Assembly: GCF_002113885.1 (NCBI RefSeq)
Contig: NW_018480078.1
Location: 3,198 to 67,197, forward strand
DNA from: Mizuhopecten yessoensis
Taxonomy: Eukaryota
DNA length: 64,000 bases
Direction: 5' to 3'
How positions within the stretch are numbered: position 1 is the first letter of the stretch; every line of letters starts with the position of its first letter. Shown here piece after piece: positions 25,101 through 36,400 of this stretch. The notes under the pieces were generated by a model. It was not told where the DNA came from. It worked only from the letters and a program-made list of their open reading frames with translations, and searched no databases. The position numbers were made by a program, and so were the translations under genes.

Positions 25101-28100
25101 CAGTGCCACGCGATGAGCCATAAACTTTGACGTTTCAACATGGATTTCCACGTCACATATCTGCTGATTTTCTTGGAGGAACTTCATATACTCACCCATA
25201 TTTGAGAAATGTGTGAGTTTATCAACCGGAAGACTCTGAAGACGAGAGATGACATTTGCCAGGCACGGAGTCATCTGCTTTTCGTTTGTGTTTGCCGTTT
25301 TTAACATTTGATCTAAGTCTGCTTGATGGTTGACAGGGGAGAGAGTATTTAGCTCGTCAAGGACCATAACGAGACCTTTTCGGAACTTTTGTGTTCCCGT
25401 CTTTTGCACTTCCGGTGTTACTTTCGAAACCGTAAGATTGTCCTCAACCGGGCAAACACCTAGTATTGGACATAAAAGGTTATGTTACAGAGCCTGTTTT
25501 GAGATGTATACTTATGTGATACTGTACAACTTCAACTAGTCAAAGATAATCGGTAAGCGAGAGCTCTAGGACGCTAGTTAAAACTTGATAAAGTTATTGG
25601 GTCTAATAGGAATCAGGAGATTCGATAGAAGGGGTATATTGCGGTATGCTATTCTTAGTCGCTACACTGTGTTTTGCAGAATGGTATTACTGTACTAACT
25701 GTAGTATCAACCAATCCAAACTAATCAAATTGTCTACTGGACTGAACATTTCCTGGTTCACCGAGAATAGATAGAAGCTTTATATTTTACATGAAACATA
25801 ATAATAATAATAAAATAATAAATAATAACCAACATTTGATATAGCGACCTATCTAGCTAGAATAAGTCACTCTAAAGCGATTTACAATTCATAAATATAT
25901 AATTAATACAATAAGCATATAAACATTAATCAATACAATATTGAGGAATTTGCAGGAGCTGCCTTATCAGGCGCTAACTACTAGTCATATGCCACATGGC
26001 TAATATCTCCCTATGTGTGTATGCCTGCGTGTGTACTGGAGATGTAATGTGTTCTGATTGTAGTGGGACCGTGCTTCCAACGGCATCATTTATAGTGCTA
26101 CCTCACTTAAACCCCATACCAATGTATACTCCACCTAAGTAGTTGGAGTTGTGTGGGCAGGAGAAAAACACATTTAGTTTAAACATGTTTTATTGCCAAG
26201 CAAATGGATTGGGTACAAGTTATCAAACTTATATTAAGCCCTTTCCTAGCAAATTACAAGCATATATTTACAATAGTACAACAAGATGGCAGAATTAATA
26301 TACATATATACACTATTTCATTTTTAAATGTTTTAATTTATAAATTGAAATTATAAGAGAGATACAGAGAGAGAAAAGGGGGGAGGGGGAAGGGAGAGGG
26401 GGGAGAGGGGGGATAATAGTCTGTAATTATAATACATACATCCTCATCATTATTAATGCATGACATATAACATCTGCCTCTTAGAGAGAGTGGATATTAT
26501 GGTTCAATTGAGAGAGAGAGGGAGAGAGAGGGGACAAGGGGGGCGGGGTACTAGAATCTGTTAGAGTCACGAATGTATTGCTGAGTATGCATGAATATCG
26601 TTATGTTTTCCTGTTCCGAAAGAGATGTATCTCCAAGTAAAAGTAGATTTAAATTAAGATTAAATGTTTTTCTTACAGTTCACGATAAAGCTTAATTCTT
26701 TGTTCGTTATATTTATCACAGGTAAAAAAGAAATGGTGTGTGTCTTCAATAGGGAAGCCACATATACAACGTTGGAAATCAATAAGGTTAACACAAAACA
26801 GGTCACTTTTCAAAGTACTAGAACGGTTTCTTAATTTTGTATGCAAAATATTATTTTTCCTATCACCATAGAAGAAGGGGTTTGGTACAAGCGGCCAGTT
26901 TACGTCTTGAATGGCGTTTCTAAATGATGAGAACGTGGCACTACGTCGTATACTAGTAGGTAACTGGTTCCACAGTCTAACAGTAGAAGGAAAAAAGGAT
27001 ACGTTAGATAATTCAAGTCTGTTGTTAGGTAGGTTGTAGTTTTCAACGTTTCGAAGATTATAGTGAGAGTTATCGACAAGGGAAGGAATAGAGTGTTGAG
27101 ATAGTTACATGTAGGAGCTATATTATTGTGGATTTTAAAAAAATTATTGAAGTTTTCGACGGGATCTCCGATGGGCTAGAGAATCCCATCCAGTTTCATT
27201 GTATATAGATTGTCTACTGGTAAACGACGGTAATTAGAACAACACATGCTCCGAAGATGGAACTCCGGCAGCCTGCGTGAAAGGCTGGAGTGTTTACCAC
27301 ACGACCAATCCACCCATAATGTTTTAAGCTTGTGCTCATTGAATAATGTACCATGCGTTTGTGCACTGTCTGCTACAACTTGCCTGATTAGTAATAAAAA
27401 CGAATGTTTTTCCAATTCTAACATATGTCTTCTTGCTGATTTGGGAATCGTTAAATTGAGAAAATAAATCCCTAATGAAGAATTCACTATACTTGTACAT
27501 GTATTTTCAGCTAATAGTAAAAAAAAGTTATTTCAATGTGCAAGGTAGTATTATTTTCTTGGCAATTCAGGAAGGATGGGTGAATAAGTTAATGAAATAT
27601 TTATCTGCCTCGAGGGTATGACGGTGAAATCACACCCTCGGCGTTGACAGAAATCTTCAACAGATAAAATGGAAGACAATTTAGCGAATGATGGGAAACA
27701 TATTTGTCCTTTAATTATATCACTGACCTTCAACGGCGACATCTGGGGTTCGATTCCCCTAACGAAATTTTGGTTTTCAGTTTTACTGATGAACCAAAAG
27801 GTTTCTACTGAACTGAGAAAATGTCTCCTGCCCAACACTAACTTAATTGGTCTTGAAGCATGTTTCTGGATAGGATGAAATACGAATAGCTAGATACCTC
27901 CTCGATACTCCAGAGGTACGCTCTCTGCAGAGAGCGAAAGTGTGCGTAATCCATGAATATCGAGGATAAGCCTAGATACGACCGCCAAGGAAGACAATAA
28001 CATATTTCATAAATTATTATCATGAACACACAAACAAACCGAGACAGTACCAGAAGAATGGAAAACAACTAACCTTTGATCGGGGTGGATGTTCTGGGCG

Positions 28101-28536
28101 AGCTCTTATAGTCATCAGAGCAGAGCGATTCATCAAAGATGAGGCTCCGATAGTTGTCCGAAACTCCAGAATCTACAGTGATGCATCGACATTTCTCCAA
28201 CCCTGACCTGGCGTCGCATCCTGACCGGTTACATACCAGTTCCGGTTGTCCTTTGCTTGCGAGCATGGGACTCTCTGCGTACCGCTTTGCCTTTGTACCC
28301 TTCTGACTACATGACTGTGGCTCAATGCTCTCGGACAATTCATTAAACTCGGCTGTGAGTGAACGTTCTAGCTCACTATTTGTTACGTCCAGCGGGACAT
28401 AACCAGCGGTTGAACCTCCAGATTCAATTGCTTTGTGCGAGTTCTCCCATTCTTCTTGCGGATTGAGACCGTGGGTCGAACTCAAACAGGTGAGACTATC
28501 CTTCGTGTAATAAGATGAGAAGTTAAAACGCGGCAT
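19161..28536 (-). CDS. BTB/POZ-BACK-Kelch protein (kelch-like, scruin-like beta-propeller), 9 coding exons, about 866 aa
   Basis: Exons 28536-28074, 25459-24484, 24087-23967, 21655-21505, 21105-20989, 20626-20446, 20193-19990, 19718-19495, 19324-19161. All introns are GT-AG and phase-compatible, totalling 2601 nt. BTB (CDVEIHV..FMAHRVALACFSEYF..WIYTG), BACK (LSRDDLNITSEIEVFRVALKWI..VRFPYM) and six Kelch blades (IIGG..Y(N/D)P..W). The link to exon 1 is the least certain. Confidence 0.92.
25800..26135 (-). mobile_element. SINE 3' fragment: partial Meta-type core plus L2-like tail ending in (TTA)n
   Basis: Minus strand reads AGTGAGGTAGCACTATAAA (Meta-adjacent motif, also seen at about 59825), then TGTAAATCGCTTTAGAGTG...GTCGCTATATCAAATG and a TTA-rich tail. 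Confidence 0.55.
26174..27235 (-). mobile_element. 5'-truncated CR1-group (CR1/Zenon-like) LINE in intron 1 of the Kelch gene
   Basis: Degenerate ORF2 C-terminus 27233-26551 (ETGWDSLAHRR..SFFPSTVRLWNQLP..HTKLRNRSSTLKSDLF..CICGFPIEDTHHFFFTC) with stop and frameshifts. Pyrimidine-rich 3'UTR and tail AATAAAACATGTTTAAACTAAA. 12-bp TSD AGAA(A/C)AACACAT at 26162-26173 and 27236-27247. Confidence 0.9.
27248..27315 (-). pseudogene. Degenerate tRNA-derived sequence (Glu-like; SINE head or tRNA pseudogene)
   Basis: Minus strand GGGTGGATTGGTCGTGTGGTAAACACTCCAGCCTTTCACGCAGGCTGCCGGAGTTCCATC, with an A-box, an anticodon arm and a decayed B box. Confidence 0.55.
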
Positions 28537-29048
28537 TGTTGTTTACCGTTCTCGTCAGTCCATGTAAAAATACAGCGCGGGTCTATCTGACACGCGGTTG
28601 CGAAGCAAAAATAGGATGCGTCACAATTGATGACGTCACAATGACCGTATCCTATATTGTAAATGCGCGCGCAGGAACTGTAACTGTGCTTTCCGTTATT
28701 GGGGCCGTACCGCTTATACCGGTTCGGATTTGTTGAACTACTTATGGAACGCACTGTACCAGAATTCCCGGTGAAATGTTAACACTCAATGAAGTAAAAA
28801 TATGTACACAGTTTTATTGTCTGACTAATACGACTGATCTATTAAACAATAAATATTCCTAAATTGAATGTGACCGATGTCACGTTTTTACCAAATTCAC
28901 AGCAAGCAGTCCAGCATAGATGTTAGTTATTATCAGACATGTTATTTATGATAATATGATTCGAGAAATTGAAGCATGAAATATTCTCTTTCTCCCAGAA
29001 TATTTTCTTTTCGCGAGATAAGCGTTTTTTCTTGAAGAAATAATTAAA

Positions 29049-29268
29049 GGGGCCGCGGTGGCCAAGTGGTTTAGGCGTCTTGCATTCTGCTACCACAAGC
29101 CCTTCACCACTTGGTCTCGGGTTCGAGACCTACGTGGAGTAGTCGCCAGGTACAGGCCGTATGTTGGTGGTTTTTCTCCTGGAACTCCGGCTTTCATCCA
29201 CCACAAAACCTGGCACTTCCTTGAATGACAATAGCTGTTAATAGTAGGTAAAACAAAAACAAACCAAA
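29049..29268 (+). mobile_element. Full-length tRNA-derived V-domain SINE
   Basis: A box GGTGGCCAAGTGG, B box GGTTCGAGACC, V-like GGTTTTTCTCCTGGAACTCCGGCTTTC, tail GCTGTTAATAG plus AAAC repeats. TSD-like AAGAAATAATT at 29035 and 29271. Same family as 57432. Confidence 0.88.
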
Positions 29269-30919
29269 TTAAGAAATAATTTGACAACGAATCATTCACT
29301 GTGATGGTAAAATGGAACCCTGTTAATCCGGATTTAACAGTACAGTTGAACATCAGCTATATATAATCTTAACTGAATAGTACTATAGAACCTCCTAATC
29401 CGGATTTTACAAGTCAATAGAACCTCACTAGTCTGTATTACAGCACCGTGGAACTCCGCTAAACCGTACTTAATACAGTTCGTATAGTAATTAAAACAGC
29501 GCAAATCCGGACTTTTCAGTACATTGGAACCGACGCGACCACGCATATCCGGACTGAACACCGCTACATGTTACATTATTCTGGACTTAACAATGAAATC
29601 CTGTTAATCCAGATTTCATAATATAGTGGAACCTTGCTCATATGTACTGCATTGGTCCTGACAACTTCCTGGACGCTTGTGGTCATAAGTTTGATTATTT
29701 TAGTTAATTTATGTGCCAACATTATTATCACGCATTGGACTACAGAACCAAATGTATTTGGGATGTGTGCGCCCTTTCGTTAGACGGCGCATTGGTTCAT
29801 GTCCATTTATAGTCATGATTTTACCTAGCTGTTGTCATGCCCCTAGGGTAAAGGGACAATTTTAGTGAATTAGTTTTGGTATAACCTTGTAACAAAATTC
29901 TTTATGATAAAATAGTTTGATACTCCTGACCAGAGACAATGTTTTCCTGGCGTTCTTAATCAGTAATGAAGGAATCCCTAGCTGTAAAACAATACTTTTA
30001 GCGCCATCTAAATCTGTTGGTGAACTTTTAAGGAAATAGGATTGTGTCACCATTTCTCAGTAGAATTTCTTCAAATTTTGTAGTTATATTGCTTTGAAGT
30101 AAAGAAAATTGTCTGCCACAAATAAATATAGGTTGTCAGAATTTTAAGGAATTTAAATGGAAATTTATGTAAAAAGGAGTGAATTTTGAAAAAATAAAAT
30201 CGAAAGACACATTTTTTTGCAAAAACACGTCAATAAAAATAATACTGCCATAGATAAGTATTGCATTAATGTATATCAATTTAATAAATGCTGAAATTGT
30301 GTAAAACAAACTATCAATAAACGATTAAAAATTGGAATTTTATAATAAATCCATATACACATAGTAGTTATCTGTCTTGAAAAACTTCACAGTAGTGAAA
30401 TAGGTAGCCGGTTTCCAGAAGAACAGAGATAAAAAGAAACCGGATTAATGCCTGGATTGCTTTGAAATACTTTTAATATTGTTCTGTCAATAATAAACTT
30501 ACAATATTCATCAGTTTAATATTAAACATTAGAATATGCTGAAATTGTGATACTGTCTCCCTACATTGGATTTTCAACTAGGGATGTTATTCCTATTTCC
30601 GTTTATCAATACACTCCTATGACCTTAACTAACACATATGGCTTTCCAGTGGAGGAGGGAAAGTTAACTCTCGCTTTATTCACCTAACTTCTTTAGAATA
30701 GAAGTACCGGTGTGTATTCTGAACCAATTACGTTCTTGCAAACAACACCACAATCATCGTTACACATGATTAATTTAATTCATGTTTGAATTTACATATA
30801 TCGTACTTTGTGCGATTTGAAATTCTCCTTAGGGTACCTCTTGCGTGTATACTCTATTTAAATCTGTTTCTTTTTGTTGAAATCGAACTGTGATCCGAAG
30901 TATTCAAATATATTTATAT

Positions 30920-32045
30920 GGCTCTTTCAATACCTGTAACAAGAAGGTGTGCAAACTGTGTCCATACACGCGCTCCACTGATACATTTCAATGTACAATC
31001 AACGGCAAAGTGTATCACATACTACAAACGCTGACATGCACATCAGTCAATGTGGTGTACCTTATTACCTGAAATAAATGCAATTTACAGTACGTGGGCG
31101 AGACCTGCACCCAGCTCAATGTCAGGATCAACAACCACCGCTGCTCCATCAAGCAGAACAAACCAGACTTCCCTGTGGGAAGGCATTTTAATATGTCTAG
31201 CCATAGTTGGAAATACATGCAGGTTGTTGCCTTAGATCATTGCCCTACATGGGATGAAACGAGACGACTTACGAGAGAACGGTTTTGGATCACCAATCTA
31301 CAAACCCGCTACCCTCGAGGTATGAACGAACGATAGGCGGTTGCCATCCGCTCGTTTTCCTTCAAGGGGGCATTTGACCTAATGATTCATTACTGCACAA
31401 TTGGTCAGCTATCTCGCCTGCCTGCTGCTTCATGTCAGTGTGTGTGACCAACAGCCATTGTCAGATTTATTTTGCAGATTTATACAGCATCTTAGCCATT
31501 TCATCTACTTTTCCTCCTGCACTCACTTATTTGATAATTACATGCATAATTCCTGCTAACCAATAGAGGCACATGCATTATTCCTGCAAACCAAAAGAGG
31601 CGACTAAGTGTGGACCCCCTGCTGTGACTTAGATCCATCGCAGTATTGAGAGGCGACTAATGAGACATTCCGTAGCAGATTGGAGATTTTTCACATTTAC
31701 CGGGCCAGATTCCAAATGCACATGTTCCACGTTTTTGATATCTCTCGTTGGCTCACTTTATATGACAGTGCATCTTGCGCAAGAATAGGTCCTCTACATC
31801 AGCGTTCCTTGTCCGCGATGCTCTCAGCTTAATTGCTGCCTTCGACTGTCTGTAGCCGAGGGGACTATTGGTTTTATATAATAGCTATATTTTCAATTAT
31901 AGTATATCAATTATATCTTCTTGTAATATGAATTATATGTACATGTAACTGTTCTGTTTCACTGTGTCTTGAAAAAGGAGCGGAACGCTCCGAAAATTTG
32001 ACAACCTAAACTTGTCCACACTGTTTGAATTACTTCTTTGCCCCA
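30920..32045 (+). mobile_element. 5'-truncated Penelope-like retroelement (Neptune-type): Cys-rich linker, C-terminal GIY-YIG endonuclease and pLTR
   Basis: Reading through one TGA (31070-31072) gives CNKKVCKLC...CTSVNVVYLIT*NKCNLQYVGET..LNVRINNHR..VGRHF..H..RERFWI..LQTRYPRGMN (stop at 31336). A hammerhead motif lies downstream. Confidence 0.9.
31965..32003 (+). ncRNA. Minimal type I hammerhead ribozyme (U3-A8 variant) in the Penelope pLTR
   Basis: Stem I TGTC/GACA, core TTGAAAAA (covariant of CTGAAGAA), stem II GGAGCG-GAA-CGCTCC, GAAA, and a self-complementary AATT stem III. The position is typical of PLE pLTR hammerheads. Confidence 0.7.
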
Positions 32046-32077
32046 TATATAGTGAGATGCATATAATTCTATTAATA

Positions 32078-32310
32078 TGACCTTAATGTTACCATGTGAC
32101 CATAAATGTTGTCATGTGACCATATCTGTTGTCATGTCCATCAATGCTGTCATGTGACCTTAGCTGTTGTCATGTGGTCTGAACTGTTGTCAGTTGCCTG
32201 AGCTGTTGTTATGTGACCATTAACGTTGTCATATGACCTTAGCTGTTGTCATTTGACTTTAAATTTTGTCATGTGATCTTAGTTGTTGTCATGTGACCTT
32301 AACTGTTGTC
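32078..32310. repeat. 20-bp minisatellite (TGTTGTCATGTGACCTTAGC), about 11 diverged copies
   Basis: Period 20 (32107, 32127, ...). Confidence 0.9.
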
Positions 32311-33479
32311 AAACAAACATATCACACACGAGTCATTCGGGACTTTTTCGGTCAAATCTATCCAAAAAGGTCCAATCATACATGTATGTCATTTTTGCCG
32401 TTATTATTCATATCTTTACGTCACGAAATTTTTTAAGTGCATTCCACGCTCCACTCTTCTGTTTCGGTCAATTACAGAAGGAGATTGGGTATTGTTATCT
32501 AAAACATGTCGGGTTTTATGTACGAACGAGAAGATATGTTTTTATGATTATATCTGTGTATGTAGGAAATAGTCTATAGGGAGCAGACGAGATGTAAGAG
32601 AATAAGTACGGCCGTGAATTGAGCGACAACAATAGAATATGTAGCTTTTGTCATTTGACAGTTCTATAAGTGCTCACATAAATGGACAACTTTCGATCCC
32701 GGCCAATAAAACTGGCTATAGTAACGCCCTGTTGACACGAACGAAACAGTCGAGATTGATTATTCATGAAATGTAAACTATGGGACGAGAACATAACACA
32801 GAGATCGTTTTAACTCCATAATGTGAAATCACCGATCGAGAGAAGCCGGGATTATATGTACGTTTACCTGTGTGCAGTTAGGTGACAAACTAATCAATCT
32901 ACCTGTGCTTTTTACCCCTGTCAGTGTTATGTTTTAACGGAAGAGGACAACATTGCCGGGTAAGTCAAACTATTGCTTTATTTGTGTAATACTAGATGTC
33001 TGAGTAAATCTTAAAGGCTTTTTAAAGAAGTATTTCGGGTTATATGATAGAGTCCCATGTCATTTTCAAACTTTGATAGATATATATGAAGTATATATTT
33101 CCTTCTACTACGCATTTAAATGTTGCGCTACTGGGGGTTAGGAAATAGAACCTAGTAGTTTTAATAAATGTTACATGTACCTGGTGAAGTTTGGAAGCCT
33201 AATTTAACCTGGTAGAGTTTATATTATCCAAGTGGGGTTCGGGAACATTGCTTCTTGGAGTTCGTGTTAGCCTGGTAGGGTTCGGAAACACTAAATGACG
33301 AAGTTCATGTTTACCTAGTGGGGTTCGGAAACATTGCATGGAGGAGCTAGGAAAAAAATACTTGATAAAATTCGGAGATATCTGTAGATAGAGTTCGAAT
33401 TGTTTTTTTCTTCTGATAGTTGGTACATATCAGTTATAAAGCATTAACGCAAAAACGTTGTTAAACGCAAACCAGCACA

Positions 33480-36400
33480 TGTACAGTGGCATTTGTCAAT
33501 GTGTAAAACAGACGTTTTTTTCCATTTGTACAACTCTTTCCATTTGTATATGTATCAAAAAGACGTTTACCAATTGTATTACAGATGTTGTCAATGTATA
33601 CAACATACTTCATTTAATGTATACTTCTCAAAACTATATACAAATTTAAATACATTTTGTAAAACTGTTTTGCCATATGAAACCTCCTAAAGGAGGTAAT
33701 AAAGAATGTCTGTCTGTACAAGGACGTTTGTCAATGTGTACAAAAAACGTTTATCAGTGTGTACAACAGACGTTTGTGAATGTGTACAACAGAGTTTGTC
33801 TGTATACCACAGATGTTTGTCAGTGTACCACATATGTTTGTGAATGTGGACAACAGACGTTTGTAAGTGTACCACAGACGTTTGTGAATGTGTACAACAG
33901 ACGTTTGTGAATGGGTACAACAGACGTTTGTCAGTGTGTACAACAGACGTTTGTCAGTGTGTACAACAGACGTTTGTCAGTGTGTACAACAGACGTTTGT
34001 GAATGAGTACAACAGACGTTTGTGAATGTGTACAACAGACGTTTGTCAGTGTGTACAACAGACGTTTGTCAGTGTGTACCACAGGCGTTTGTGAATGTGT
34101 ACAACAGGCGTTTGTCAGTGTGTACAACAGACGTTTGTCAGTGTGTACAACATACGTTTGTGAATGTGTACAACAAACGTTTGTCAATGTACCACAGACG
34201 TTTGTCAGTGTACCACAGACGTTTGTGAATGTGTACCACAGACGTTTGTGAATGTGTACAACAGACGTTTGTGAATGTGTACAGCAGACGTTTGTGAATG
34301 TGTACAACAGACGTTTGTGAATGTGTACAACATTGTGTGTCAGTGTACAACAGACGTTTGTGAATGTGTAAAACAGACGTTTGTGAATGTGTACAACAGG
34401 CGTTTGTGAATGTGTACAACAGGCGTTTGTCAGTTTGTACAACAGACGTTTATCAGTGTGTACAACTGACGTTTGTGAATGTGTACAACAGAGTTTGTCT
34501 GTGTACCACAGATGTTTGTCAGTGTACCACAGACGTTTGTGAATGTGTACAACAAGCGTTTGTGAATGTGAACAACAGAAGTTTGTGAATGTGTACAACA
34601 GAGTTTTTGAATGTGTACAACAGACGTTTGTGAATGTGGACAACAGACGTTTGTGAATGTGGACAACAGACGTTTGTGAAAGTGTACAACATATGTTTGT
34701 GAGTGTACAACAGACGTTTGTGAATGTGGACAACAGACGTTTGGGAAAGTGTACAACATATGTTTGTCAGTGTACAACAGACGTTTGTGAATATGCACAA
34801 CAGACGCTTGTGAATGTGTAAAACAGACGTGTGTGAATGTGTACAACAAGCGTTTGTTAATGTGAACAACAGAAGTTTGTTAATGTGTACAGCAGAGGTG
34901 TGTCAGTGTGTACAACAGACATTATAACAGCTGTTTGTCAGTGTACCACAGACGTTTGTGAATGTGTCCCACAGACGTTTGTGAATGTGTACAGCAAGCG
35001 TTTGTGGATGTGTACAGCAGACACTCAAACAGACGTTTGTTAATGTGTAAAACAGACGTTTGTGAATGTGTACAACTGACGTTTGTGAATGTGTACAACA
35101 GTGAATGTGTACAACAGACGTTTGTGAATGTGAACAACAGAAGTTTGTGAATTTGTACATCAGAGGTGTGGCAATGTGTACAACAGACATTATAACAGAT
35201 GTTTGTCAGTGTACCACAGACGTTTGTCAGTGTACCACAGCCGTTTGTGAATGTGTACAACAAGAGTTTGTGGATGTGTACAGCAGACACTCAAACAGAC
35301 GTTTGTTAATGTGTAAAACAGACGTTTGTGAATGTGGACAACAGACGTTTGTGAATGTGTAAAACAGACGTTTGTGAATGTGTAAAACAGACGTGTGTGA
35401 ATGTGTACAACAGAGTTTGTGAATTTGTACAACAGACGTTTGTGAATGTGTACAACAAGCGTTTGTGGATGTGTACAGCAGACACTAAAACAGACGTTTG
35501 TGAATGTGTACAACAAACGTTTGTCAATGTACCACAGACGTTTGTCAGTGTACCACAGACGTTTGTGAATGTGTCCAACAAGCGTTTGTGAATGTGTATA
35601 ACAGAAGTTTGTGAATGTGTTCAGCAGTAGTGTGTCAGCGTGTACAACAGACATTAAAACAGACGTTTGTGAATGTGTACAACAGACGTTTGAGAATGTG
35701 TACAACAGAAGTTTGTCAGTGTGTACAACAGGCGTTTGTCAGTGTGTACCACAGGCGTTTGTGAATGTGTACAACAGGCGTTTGTCAGTGTGTACAACAG
35801 ACGTTTGTCAGTGTGTACAACATACGTTTGTGAATGTGTACAACAAACGTTTGTCAATGTACCACAGACGTTTGTCAGTGTACCACAGACGTTTGTCAGT
35901 GTACCACAGACGTTTGTGAATGTGTACAACAGACGTTTGTGAATGTGTACAACAGACGTGTGTGAATGTGTACAACACACGTTTGTGAATATGTACAACA
36001 TTGTGTGTCAGTGTATCACAGACGTTTGTGAATGTGTAAAACAGACGTTTGTGAATGTGTACAACGGGCGTTTGTGAATGTATACAACAGGCGTTTGTCA
36101 GTGTGTACAACAGACGTTTATCAGTTTGTACAACTGACGTTTGTGAATGTGTACAACAGAGTTTGTCTGTGTACCACAGATGTTTGTCAGTGTACCATAG
36201 ACGTTTGTGAATGTGTACAACAAGCGTTTGTGAATGTGTACAACAGAGTTTGTGAATGTGTACAACAGACGTTTGTGAATGTGGACAACAGACGTTTGTG
36301 AATGTGGACAACAGACGTTTGTGAATGTGTACAACAGACGTTTGTGAATGTATACAACTGACGTTTGTGAATGTGAACCACAGACGTTTGTGAATGTGTA

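Noticed and set aside
27176-28068. Short minus-strand ORFs (76-103 aa) in Kelch intron 1
   Set aside because: No recognisable motifs and not needed for the phase-consistent model. One overlaps the tRNA-like/LINE junction.
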